Positions 28,720 to 37,052 of a DNA stretch of 64,000 nt are shown piece by piece. How positions within the stretch are numbered: position 1 is the first letter of the stretch; each line of letters opens with the position of its first letter. The stretch is taken from positions 64,001 through 128,000 of IMG/VR virus record IMGVR_UViG_3300031992_000029. One strand, given 5' to 3'. Source of the stretch: a virus. Lineage: Duplodnaviria; Caudoviricetes. Made by a program: the position numbers and the translations under genes. A model generated the notes under the pieces. It had not been told where the DNA came from. It saw nothing but the letters and a program-made list of their open reading frames with translations, and ran no database searches.

Positions 28720-28856
28720 GTAGCCTCCCATATTTGTATTTTGTTTTTTAGTAGCTGTGCATGTTGTCACCAGACACCTCATGAGTCGAACATGTGGTGA
28801 ACAGAATCGAACTGATCTTCATCACAGCGCAAGACCGTCCTTGCATGAATACTAAA

Positions 28857-28941
28857 TACCGGCGGTCGGATTTGAACCGACATTCCTTTTATCGGAACGG
28901 GATTTTAAGTCCCGCGTGTCTGCCTATTTCACCACGCCGGC
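28857..28941 (-). tRNA. tRNA-Leu(TAA)
   Basis: Cloverleaf with long variable arm; anticodon loop CTTAAAA; T-loop TTCAAAT. Confidence 0.9.
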
Positions 28942-28944
28942 ATA

Positions 28945-29019
28945 TCGGAATGGTGGGATTCGAACCCACGTAAACACGATTAAAAGTCGTGTGCAGAAAA
29001 ACCACTTTGCTACATTCCG
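28945..29019 (-). tRNA. tRNA-Lys(TTT)
   Basis: Stem CACGA/TCGTG, loop CTTTTAA; TTCGAAT; atypical D loop. Confidence 0.8.
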
Positions 29020-29159
29020 TGGTGAGGGTGCTACTTTTGTGAGGACAGCTTCATCACTCGGAGATACCTCGTTCTTGCTTCACTTATGTGCACGTAAGTA
29101 CGGTAGCAATTCCGTATAGTCAATTCATCCCAGGCCGTTTTGGAAGACTCCATGACATA

Positions 29160-29233
29160 TGGGGCGTGAGGGAGTCGAACCCTCATCAGATGTGTATAAG
29201 ACACCCGCACTCATACCGCTGTGCTAACGCCCT
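29160..29233 (-). tRNA. tRNA-Ile(TAT)
   Basis: Stem GGTGT/ACATC, loop CTTATAC; TTCGACT. Confidence 0.8.
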
Positions 29234-29253
29234 GTAATCCATAACGTTATCTC

Positions 29254-29448
29254 TTATCCATATATAATTTCAGAATTACAATCTGGACATACTATTTTAA
29301 TTGTTTCATATGGTTCCCTATTTTTAAGATAGATAGTGTTACCACAATTGCAATGGACTCCATCTTTATAGCTATCGCCTATTTTTAATGAGCTGAAACT
29401 AGGGATACTATGGAAAATCATCATATCTTCTTTTGGGATTATACGCAT
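29254..29448 (-). CDS. Small zinc-ribbon-like protein
   Basis: CNCG...CPDC. Confidence 0.45.
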   Translation of the reverse strand: MRIIPKEDMMIFHSIPSFSSLKIGDSYKDGVHCNCGNTIYLKNREPYETIKIVCPDCNSEIIYG

Positions 29449-29649
29449 TATTATTACTCCTTTATCACGACCTCAAACTGAGCTACTTTCCAGTATGGCT
29501 ATGACGCCTACGGCCTGCATCATAGCCAATTATTTTATAGTCTTGAGCCGTCGTGGACTTCTTGGCAATGTTTTCTGTCTCTTGCCCGACCTCCGACACC
29601 TACGTTCGGAAAACATATGTAGGTTATTTTATATCGCCTACCCGATATA

Positions 29650-29722
29650 CGGCCTGTGTAGGACTCGAACCTACGACATTTCGGTTAACGGCCGAACGCT
29701 CCTCCGACTGAGCTAACAGGCC
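29650..29722 (-). tRNA. tRNA-Asn(GTT)
   Basis: Stem TTCGG/CCGAA, loop CCGTTAA. Confidence 0.9.
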
Positions 29723-29732
29723 ATTGTTCGTT

Positions 29733-29957
29733 TCAGTCAAAAATATTTTTTACAAATAAACGTGGAAGTTTTACATCTTTTGCTGGGTTATTTGATATAA
29801 CCTCTTTACTATCTACCCAATCCTCTAATTCCATTTGACATCGATCACACATGCACATACAAAACATCTCATTTTCTTTATAAATTTCATATTTTCGTTT
29901 CCTAGAATTTTCATAAGGCGATCCGCATCTATCGCATATATGTATAACTTTCTGCAT
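29733..29957 (-). CDS. Small Cys-rich hypothetical protein
   Basis: CDRCG...CDRC. Confidence 0.55.
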   Translation of the reverse strand: MQKVIHICDRCGSPYENSRKRKYEIYKENEMFCMCMCDRCQMELEDWVDSKEVISNNPAKDVKLPRLFVKNIFD

Positions 29958-29959
29958 AT

Positions 29960-30196
29960 CTATCTATATACCCCCGCCTCCCAGTCATGGATAAGAGCGT
30001 CAATCAGTCCGGCACCAAACATATATGCTTTTGTACCCTTCTCTCTGAAAGAATCTGCCCTATCCTGCAGCCACTTAATAGTTATCACGTCAAGAGTTGG
30101 AGCATTTCTAATTTCCTCTTCAAGCTCTCCCATTGCGTGGTATCCACCACGAGATACATCATTTACAGATAATACATCTGCGTCAATCGGTCTCAT
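29960..30196 (-). CDS. Hypothetical phage protein (MR.IDAD family)
   Basis: MRPIDAD...I.NAPTLD. Confidence 0.6.
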   Translation of the reverse strand: MRPIDADVLSVNDVSRGGYHAMGELEEEIRNAPTLDVITIKWLQDRADSFREKGTKAYMFGAGLIDALIHDWEAGVYR

Positions 30197-30390
30197 AATA
30201 ACTCCTTTTTGCTTGCCTCATTATTTTCCGTATCAATAAAACACTCATCTGTATTATAAAAATGTGTCCACGTAAGCGGAATTCCTATGAGATCTTTCCT
30301 CGATTTTAAGTCCTCAGTAAGCTGTGCTCTAAAACATTCCTTTGGACAATTTGGAAGATAATCCAGGCAATGAGAATGATCATGATTCAT
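30193..30390 (-). CDS. Hypothetical protein
   Basis: Coupled ORF. Confidence 0.5.
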   Translation of the reverse strand: MNHDHSHCLDYLPNCPKECFRAQLTEDLKSRKDLIGIPLTWTHFYNTDECFIDTENNEASKKELL

Positions 30391-30773
30391 TACTTTATCT
30401 CCTTCGCTTTTCTTTCCATTCTTAATAAATCCCCGTCCGTACCCCCTGTAAACTCGAACCCGTATTTCTTGTATAGAGAGATTGCTACACTGTTGTCTCT
30501 GTCAACAGATAAATTATTCACGCCCATTTCTATACAGAACTTCATAATATCGTCACCGCATCCAGTCCCTCTAAGTTCTTCTGCAACTTCTAAATTACTA
30601 CAGCTAATCCATCCGCTTTCGAATTCCTCGATAAGGACATGGGCTACATCGTGCTTCCAGTCAGTCCACCTATATAATATGCTGTATAAAAGCCCGGCTT
30701 TATTCTCTTCTTCGGTAATAGGACGACTCTCTCCAGCGATATAATAACCAGATAGCCCTCTTTTCCCCATCAT
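30390..30773 (-). CDS. GNAT acetyltransferase
   Basis: LEV.EELRGTGCG, N..AISLYKKYGF. Confidence 0.85.
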   Translation of the reverse strand: MMGKRGLSGYYIAGESRPITEEENKAGLLYSILYRWTDWKHDVAHVLIEEFESGWISCSNLEVAEELRGTGCGDDIMKFCIEMGVNNLSVDRDNSVAISLYKKYGFEFTGGTDGDLLRMERKAKEIK

Positions 30774-30814
30774 TTACTCCATCTCATTCATGCTATGCTA
30801 AAATACCCGTTTTA

Positions 30815-31006
30815 TCACATTCCAACCCACTTTACTACATTCATAAAATGAACCCCTTTAAATTCAGACTCTTTGTCAAAGCTGACAATCAAAAGATTAC
30901 CGTCATGTCCTTGCACTGTTCCAACCCTATCCTTACAGTCGCCTACGAGCACCATAATTCTATCTCCAACACTGTAGTCCATTGGTTTCTTATGTCTATT
31001 AATCAT
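30815..31006 (-). CDS. Small KOW/SH3-like protein without the acidic tail
   Basis: YSVGDRIMVLVG..KDRVGTV. Confidence 0.5.
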   Translation of the reverse strand: MINRHKKPMDYSVGDRIMVLVGDCKDRVGTVQGHDGNLLIVSFDKESEFKGVHFMNVVKWVGM

Positions 31007-31306
31007 TCATATCTCCTTTTCTTGCCTCTTTTCTCCATTTGTTTAGCATCGCATCAATCTGTCCGGCAGTAAACGTTGCAAACTCAAAATCCATATCTCT
31101 TAGTTTTTTAATTTCTGCTTCAATCCATGTGATGGGTATTGCTTCAACCGCAGACATTTTTTGCACTGCATTTTTACAACTTCAATAACAACGCTGTTAA
31201 ATAAATCTTCTGTATCTTCTCCTGTGGCAACAAAATCAACAAGCACATCACCGTCAATTAATTTCACCGTATTATATTCTCCTTTTGGCACACCCGTTTT
31301 ATACAT
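30999..31306 (-). CDS. Hypothetical protein, probably frameshifted at an A6 run (31157-31162)
   Basis: Alternative frame 'AIPITWIE...AGQIDAML..W' resembles the C-terminal half of 29960-30196. Confidence 0.45.
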
Positions 31307-31312
31307 ATATCA

Positions 31313-31594
31313 CTAATCAAACAAACTCCCTAATTCGTCTGGTTGAATTTCTTCATCATCATCTTCTTTTTCTGGATATAATCCAATATATCTTTCGTCT
31401 ATGATGACTTCTTTATATGCACCATCCTCGATGTTATCGAACCTAACACGATAATCAGGCGGAAGGCCGGATGTTCTATATTGCTGTACTTCAATAACTA
31501 CACCACAAGAATCACCATATTGTCTCTCGATAAAACCAGTTCTCATTTCACGTCTGAACTGTACAATATCTCCGACATTATACAATGGGCTCAT
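31313..31594 (-). CDS. SH3/KOW-like protein with acidic tail (dispersed member)
   Basis: YNVGDIVQ...DDEEIQPDELGSLFD. Confidence 0.65.
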   Translation of the reverse strand: MSPLYNVGDIVQFRREMRTGFIERQYGDSCGVVIEVQQYRTSGLPPDYRVRFDNIEDGAYKEVIIDERYIGLYPEKEDDDEEIQPDELGSLFD

Positions 31595-31800
31595 CCTCTA
31601 ACGCCCTCCATAAACTTATGTTTCCACTTATCATAATTCAATGAATAATGTAAATCCTCACACACATGATCGAACTCAGACTCCAGGATTCTCTCAAGTT
31701 GATCATAAGGTACTTTTATGAGATCTCTGACTGTTTCATATCCATACATATCGAGTATGTCTTTGTAGCTCTCTTCTACTTCATAATGTAAATAACTCAT
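31591..31800 (-). CDS. Hypothetical protein
   Basis: RBS AAGGAG. Confidence 0.5.
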   Translation of the reverse strand: MSYLHYEVEESYKDILDMYGYETVRDLIKVPYDQLERILESEFDHVCEDLHYSLNYDKWKHKFMEGVRG

Positions 31801-32123
31801 ACGTCTCCTTATTACAGGTTAAAATATCCTAGTGTACTTTGCACAACTGCTTACCGTGTATGGTTCACCATCTAATGTCTTTTCATGTTTGGTTTCACAT
31901 TTAGGCGGCGTGTGCTTCCACCATAGTGTATAGCTACCGTCATCAAATACAACTAATGCAAACCTCCAGAATTCATGCTTTCCCGGGCACAAATTATTTG
32001 CGATAGCGCAAATTATTAAAGGAAACACAAACAAACACACCAATATAAAAATAACAACTGCAAACAGAATCTCCAAAATTATGCCCTCCATAATATCTAT
32101 TACATATATTCTATGTATACGTA

Positions 32124-32195
32124 GGCCGCCAGCGGGAGTCGAACCCGCAACCATCTGCTTACAGGGCAGATGCTCTACCATTGAGCTACAACGGC
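32124..32195 (-). tRNA. tRNA-Thr(TGT)
   Basis: Stem TCTGC/GCAGA, loop CCTGTAA. Confidence 0.88.
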
Positions 32196-32249
32196 ATATC
32201 GGCCCAGCCACTGTATACGCATACAATACCGTGACTGGCACCGCGTCTG

Positions 32250-32753
32250 TTAAATTTTATCAATGGCAGGTTTGATCTTTTTCAAGACACCAATTCCTGC
32301 AATCATCACAGCAGAATCAACTCCAAACGCTACTGCATTCTTGACAATTTTTACGGCAAACGGAATATGATATAAGAAACATTCAATTCCAGTCTTAAAG
32401 ATCAGCATACCAATTCCAACATACATTAGCACGGACAGCACTCTCTTCTTTGTGTCCTCTGTAAGATAGAACACTGCGCCACATCCACAACCGATGATAA
32501 GATTAGCAACGAACCAGCTAATGCTAAATCCGTATGGAGAAAATAGAATACTTTCAAATCCGCATCCAACAGCACCTACAAATCCAGCCCACGGACCAAC
32601 CGTCCCACAAGCAATAGCGAGTGCGATATATCCCAGGTCGAGCGAGATAGCACCGATAAACGGAATCTTCATCATAGCACTAAGAGCGCAATACAATGCA
32701 GTAAGCAGTGCGATAGTAGTAAGTTTCTTTGTGTCAATTTTTTCTTTTAACAT
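32250..32753 (-). CDS. ECF transporter S component-like membrane protein
   Basis: 'TKKLTTIALLTAL', 'DLG', 'GP..G.VG.VG', about 5-6 TM helices; start moved to ATG 32753 (RBS GGAGG). Confidence 0.75.
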   Translation of the reverse strand: MLKEKIDTKKLTTIALLTALYCALSAMMKIPFIGAISLDLGYIALAIACGTVGPWAGFVGAVGCGFESILFSPYGFSISWFVANLIIGCGCGAVFYLTEDTKKRVLSVLMYVGIGMLIFKTGIECFLYHIPFAVKIVKNAVAFGVDSAVMIAGIGVLKKIKPAIDKI

Positions 32754-32777
32754 AATACCTCCATTATTTTTACTAAA

Positions 32778-32851
32778 TCGGGATGACAGGATTTGAACCT
32801 GCGGCCTCTCGGACCCAAACCGAGCGTTCTTCCAAGCTGAACTACATCCCG
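32778..32851 (-). tRNA. tRNA-Pro(TGG)
   Basis: C1-G72, stem CTCGG/CCGAG, loop TTTGGGT. Confidence 0.92.
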
Positions 32852-32910
32852 TTATTAATGCCCCATTCGATATGCAACACATGTTGCATATCATATGCCT
32901 TAGCATTTAA

Positions 32911-32992
32911 ACCGAACGGCGGGATTCGAACCCACATAAGTGCTTCCGTTGCAACCATTTTCCTCGTTTTACCAATGTTAAACTACGTTCGG
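32911..32992 (-). ncRNA. tRNA-like RNA with no formable anticodon stem
   Basis: Acceptor CCGAACG/CGTTCGG, D arm GTTT/AAAC and T arm TTCGAAT intact. Confidence 0.6.
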
Positions 32993-32993
32993 A

Positions 32994-33100
32994 ACTCAGA
33001 CGGTGGGGTTCGAACCCACATTTTTTGATATATCAACCCAATGGCGTTACGGGTCTGGCGTTGCCAGCGTCCGGTCTTTTCAGTTAGACGACGTCTGAGT
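32994..33100 (-). ncRNA. tRNA-like RNA with anticodon arm replaced by three small hairpins
   Basis: Acceptor TCAGACG/CGTCTGA, D arm GTCT/AGAC, T arm GTGGG-TTCGAAC-CCCAC. Confidence 0.6.
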
Positions 33101-33219
33101 TTGCGGACAGAACCAATAAACTCCGCTGTGTGATTAACGGTTTCGTAACTGTGCTATTACGACCTATCAATCCGCTTTTCCTAACCTAAGTACACGCACA
33201 CCTCAGTTAGTTTTGGAAG

Positions 33220-33301
33220 TGCTCCCACCGGGACTTGAACCCGGACGAAATTAATCATTGGAACCTAAATCCAACGCGTCTGCCAATTCCGCCATGAGAG
33301 C
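33220..33301 (-). tRNA. tRNA-Leu(TAG)
   Basis: Stem TTGGA/TCCAA, loop TTTAGGT, long variable arm. Confidence 0.9.
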
Positions 33302-33305
33302 AGAG

Positions 33306-33377
33306 CGGGGCTAGTCGGGATCGAACCGACGCATCTAGGAGTCAAAGTCCCATGCCTTACCTCTTGGCTATAGCCCT
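33306..33377 (-). tRNA. tRNA-Gln(TTG)
   Basis: Loop CTTTGAC, D arm GCC/GGC. Confidence 0.9.
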
Positions 33378-33438
33378 TTGTAATGTTTATTTTTATATTG
33401 ATATGATTTATGAGATGCCCGCTCTCGCGGGCAGCCCA

Positions 33439-34389
33439 TCAATCAAATGTAAGTTTCCAGTTATCGTAATCCTTTAGGTAGTCTCTGGCAATCTGTCTTT
33501 GTTTCGCCGCTAAAGTATTTCTACCAGAACTGAGATTATATGTTTTGCCTTTCATAAACTCTTCGGCTAGCCACATAAAGTCTGGCTCTACACCTGACAT
33601 TTCAAGTTGATATGTCCTGTAGAATACTCCAGAGAGCCACGCTCTGAAGTAACTTAGCTTTATATTAGTCTTCTTATCAGTAATTGCGTTACGGTTTCTT
33701 CTTGATAACTCGGGTCTTATTGATGTTATTGTGGGTACACTTTTAATTCCTCTTAAAAGTATATTTCCGTCGCATCTTAATCTCTTTATGTCGTCAGAAT
33801 AATTTGGATGCATATAGATGAAGTAATACATATCCACACAGATTTTAAAAGCCTTCACACCCTCTCTGTATATTGGATATTCTTTATCACCGTGTCTTAC
33901 TACCATATCGACAAAGTCGACCTCATCAGATGTTATCTTAAAAATCTCATCTTCGCTACATCCACCATATGCAAGCCAGTAAAAACACCTATAGATATTA
34001 TCTATCGTTTTTGCAGATTCCTTCTCATAAATACTATCGAGAAATTTCTGCATATGGACAGGACTCGTTATCATTTGGGTCCTTATTTTATCCACTATAT
34101 CTGGTGTAACGTTTAGCACACCCTCTGCAGCGCCTTCAACCCCGTGATCCAAACACCAACGACCATAAGAATGCAATATAGACAACCTCATTCTATGACC
34201 GCTCGAACGTATCCCGACCATTCTACTAACTATGGGTTTTAATTCATCGCTTGTTTTTGTACAAAGATCAGCACCCCACTCATCTTCGTATGGAGAGAAA
34301 ATTCTAAATACCTCCAGACATGCTTCTCTTGTGTTAATGCTGCTAGTAACGTCGTCAATAAACTTTTTCTTTAATTCTTCGTTATACAT
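33439..34389 (-). CDS. MrpR/YopR-like repressor with degenerate tyrosine-recombinase fold
   Basis: MYNEELK..F, F..YE..WG.DL, 'WLAYGG...EI..I', 'WLSG.FY', ends 'DY..WK'; family call is from recall. Confidence 0.6.
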   Translation of the reverse strand: MYNEELKKKFIDDVTSSINTREACLEVFRIFSPYEDEWGADLCTKTSDELKPIVSRMVGIRSSGHRMRLSILHSYGRWCLDHGVEGAAEGVLNVTPDIVDKIRTQMITSPVHMQKFLDSIYEKESAKTIDNIYRCFYWLAYGGCSEDEIFKITSDEVDFVDMVVRHGDKEYPIYREGVKAFKICVDMYYFIYMHPNYSDDIKRLRCDGNILLRGIKSVPTITSIRPELSRRNRNAITDKKTNIKLSYFRAWLSGVFYRTYQLEMSGVEPDFMWLAEEFMKGKTYNLSSGRNTLAAKQRQIARDYLKDYDNWKLTFD

Positions 34390-34401
34390 ATTACTGACTC
34401 C

Positions 34402-34836
34402 TTACTTATTCAGAGAAACAGCTTTTTGCCATACTTCGAAAAGAGTTTGAAAGTCTATAAACGATATCGCTGATGTAGCTAATAAACTTGCAACTGCTAT
34501 CTTTGCCATGTACTCGTCTGGTATCGTAGTTAGATAGGCGCCAATCTTTTCTTTTGACATTCTCTCTGGGTTTTCGCACAACACCATACTGTCTTTTCTA
34601 AGGCCGGTCTCACTGGCTGGTAAGAATACGTGTGTTGGCTGGCTGAATTTCTTCAATGACGATGTCAATGGAAGTGCTATAATGTTAGGACTGTGAACAT
34701 TCCCGACGTTATTTTGAAAAACTAAGCCAGGACGCCATCCGCGTTGCTCACTTCCAGTACCACCAAAGTTCATCAAAAAGACGTCGCCTATCAGTGGCTG
34801 TTTAAACATGCCGCTCATAGTGTCACATCCTTTCAT
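34402..34836 (-). CDS. mazF: PemK/MazF-family endoribonuclease
   Basis: GDVF...G.GSEQRG.RP.LV.QNN.GN.HSP.II..PLTS...PTHV...DS.VLCE. Confidence 0.9.
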   Translation of the reverse strand: MKGCDTMSGMFKQPLIGDVFLMNFGGTGSEQRGWRPGLVFQNNVGNVHSPNIIALPLTSSLKKFSQPTHVFLPASETGLRKDSMVLCENPERMSKEKIGAYLTTIPDEYMAKIAVASLLATSAISFIDFQTLFEVWQKAVSLNK

Positions 34837-34848
34837 TCAGTTATATGT

Positions 34849-34877
34849 ATTATACCACACCAGACAGAAAATGTCAA
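34849..34877 (-). promoter_or_regulatory. SigA/sigma70 consensus promoter for mazF-mrpR
   Basis: TTGACA-17 nt-TATAAT. Confidence 0.8.
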
Positions 34878-34895
34878 GACAAATATATATTTTAC

Positions 34896-35204
34896 TTAGC
34901 AAGCAATAAAAATATACTCGTCGTCATAAGCATCGGTGTCACTTTTACCGCATACTATTCTGATAGTCGTATCGATACTTCCCTCATCTACAAATATATG
35001 CTTTACCATCGCAACTTTTAAATAACTTCTTCCATTCTGAAATACGACTGCATCTGGAGATAAGGAAGTGATTACAGATTTGTATATCGAAACAATAGAA
35101 ATATAGCTTCTGTCGAATTTTTCCTGGTTCTGTGTGGCATACCTGTATGTAAGAAATTTTCTTTCATCACAATATTTCTTGAATTCAGTGATTGTACAAT
35201 GCAA
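34896..35204 (-). CDS. Hypothetical protein
   Basis: RBS GGAGG, TTG start. Confidence 0.55.
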   Translation of the reverse strand: MHCTITEFKKYCDERKFLTYRYATQNQEKFDRSYISIVSIYKSVITSLSPDAVVFQNGRSYLKVAMVKHIFVDEGSIDTTIRIVCGKSDTDAYDDEYIFIAC

Positions 35205-35410
35205 AACTACATTCCTCCGTTGACTATTTAAGTAAGCGATGCTACAATACAGTCAGGTCTATATTGTGTTTCTAGACCTGAGCTGTACTGCAGCTCGAAA
35301 CACGAACTGCTTTGTGTGTTGTGCAGTCGTGCTTTCATGTTCTTCGCGGGGGCTGAAATACGCCCCCGCTACTCTTTTATATTATCACGAACATAAGTTT
35401 GTGTCAACAC

Positions 35411-36013
35411 TTATCGAACCTTAATACACGGGTGGATCATTCTTTCCCACTTAAACATTGCTCTATGCGGGGCATCCTTATTATATTCTGTAAGGTATGT
35501 GGCCTCAGACCCTTTGCATATAACGACTCTGTCTGTAATACCATGTTTCTTCAGTTGCTCGCCAACCCACCACATTGTTTGAGAAAAAACAATATCGTCT
35601 ACGATGCGATCACTTGAATATTTATAGTTTACAGTTATGATCCCCCTTTTCGCCACCATTTCAGGTAGCTTTCCGCTGTTATACGACATAATAATCATGT
35701 AACATAATGTAGGAATATAAGAAGCTCCTGGAGGAGGATATTCACGTCCTCTATACCATGCAACAGACGGGCAAATAATATCCCTCGCGTCGTTCCATAG
35801 TTGTTTATATCCTCCGTTTTGATTGTAATACTCCTTTAATTTCCTCTCGTATTTGACGTCCACGACGTCTCGAATCCACGTATTAACATTATTACTGTAT
35901 AAAGATGCATTAATTTTAATCTCTTGATCCCTATTCTTTACATCTCTATACTCACACATCATTCTTACAAGTATATAAGGAACACCAATCAGAGCTATAA
36001 AAAACTCAAACAT
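35411..36013 (-). CDS. Hypothetical protein with N-terminal TM segment
   Basis: 200-aa ORF. Confidence 0.6.
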   Translation of the reverse strand: MFEFFIALIGVPYILVRMMCEYRDVKNRDQEIKINASLYSNNVNTWIRDVVDVKYERKLKEYYNQNGGYKQLWNDARDIICPSVAWYRGREYPPPGASYIPTLCYMIIMSYNSGKLPEMVAKRGIITVNYKYSSDRIVDDIVFSQTMWWVGEQLKKHGITDRVVICKGSEATYLTEYNKDAPHRAMFKWERMIHPCIKVR

Positions 36014-36015
36014 GG

Positions 36016-36276
36016 TTACGTCCTCGTATTCTTAGCCTCAACGATATAATCTATTGCATTTTGAAGACTGCTAATTGCATCTTCTAACTCATTAACTGCA
36101 CTGTCCATACTATCAATAGCATCTTCCATCGCCATCCCACGAACAGATTCCTGAATGGTAGGCGGATAATTATCAAAGCAGTCCTGCTCATCATCCATTA
36201 CATCTTCAACAATATCTTTTGCCTGCTCTATTATTGGAATTGCTCTTTCTAGTCTTGCTCTCTTCTTCTGATTCAA
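36016..36276 (-). CDS. Hypothetical coiled-coil phage protein
   Basis: 'E..CFDN.P...QES.RG..ME' helical pattern. Confidence 0.6.
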   Translation of the reverse strand: MNQKKRARLERAIPIIEQAKDIVEDVMDDEQDCFDNYPPTIQESVRGMAMEDAIDSMDSAVNELEDAISSLQNAIDYIVEAKNTRT

Positions 36277-36282
36277 TAAACC

Positions 36283-36651
36283 TCACTTCCTCTCCCATAT
36301 ACTGGGAAACGAGAACTCGATTTTAAGAGTGTCTCCTTTGTCGACATTCTTATATGATACTTTATTGGCTACCTTCATGATAACAAGCATCTTATTATCT
36401 TTCCCGTACACATTAGCTTTCCTTGTGTCAATTTCAATTCCATCACACAGGAAAGACATCTTAATATCGAGTGTTGAACGGTCGACACTAACAGTTAGAT
36501 CGCTAAGACAGAAGTCGTCGCATAACTTATCAAGTGTATCGCATACACGCATGAAATCATGTAACAAATCTTCTTTTACAACGTAGTTATCTCCGACATC
36601 AAGTCTCTCTTTTGCAATATCAAAGCATCTTCCCATGTCAAATACCTCCAT
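36283..36651 (-). CDS. Hypothetical protein
   Basis: Operon context. Confidence 0.55.
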   Translation of the reverse strand: MEVFDMGRCFDIAKERLDVGDNYVVKEDLLHDFMRVCDTLDKLCDDFCLSDLTVSVDRSTLDIKMSFLCDGIEIDTRKANVYGKDNKMLVIMKVANKVSYKNVDKGDTLKIEFSFPSIWERK

Positions 36652-37006
36652 CAGAAGCGGGTCTGGCGAACCCGTGATACGCTATATCTAACACAGTATT
36701 ACCGTTTGTCTGAAGAGAAACCTCGATATTCGATGCCATCTTAATCAATTCTACAAACGCAACGGTGTCTACGATCTCAATATTTCTGCCGGTTAGCGTT
36801 ATATATGCCATGCTTTTAAACGGTTTAAACATCCCGCTCGTTACCATAGCACCTCTTACACACTTACCAATGTTGTCTAAAGTGTAACGAAACACCGCCA
36901 ACTTTTCAGGAACTGCAACATAGTTCGCGCTCTCTTCTTTCTTAAGCGCATCTTTATGCGCATTTATGAAAGATTCGAGCGACTGGTCAATAGAATTAGT
37001 ACACAT
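36638..37006 (-). CDS. Hypothetical protein
   Basis: RBS AAAGGAG. Confidence 0.55.
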   Translation of the reverse strand: MCTNSIDQSLESFINAHKDALKKEESANYVAVPEKLAVFRYTLDNIGKCVRGAMVTSGMFKPFKSMAYITLTGRNIEIVDTVAFVELIKMASNIEVSLQTNGNTVLDIAYHGFARPASDGGI

Positions 37007-37052
37007 AACACCACTCCTTTCTGGATATTCAGTTGTATTTTAACACGAGTTA

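Noticed and set aside
28770-28830. Two TTCGA T-loop-like hairpins at the end of the tRNA cluster
   Set aside because: No cloverleaf or D arm; too little to call an RNA gene.
29470-29493. tRNA 5'-like fragment GGAAAGTAGCTCAGTTTG (minus strand)
   Set aside because: No anticodon or T arm follows; at most a remnant.
31819-32906. N-terminal extensions of ORFs 31819-32241 and 32250-32906
   Set aside because: The extensions run through tRNA-Thr and tRNA-Pro; the true starts lie downstream of the tRNAs.
33176-33186. 11-nt match (TTTTCCTAACC) to the dnaE interruption site at 21040-21050
   Set aside because: Short enough to be chance in 64 kb; no further complementarity seen.
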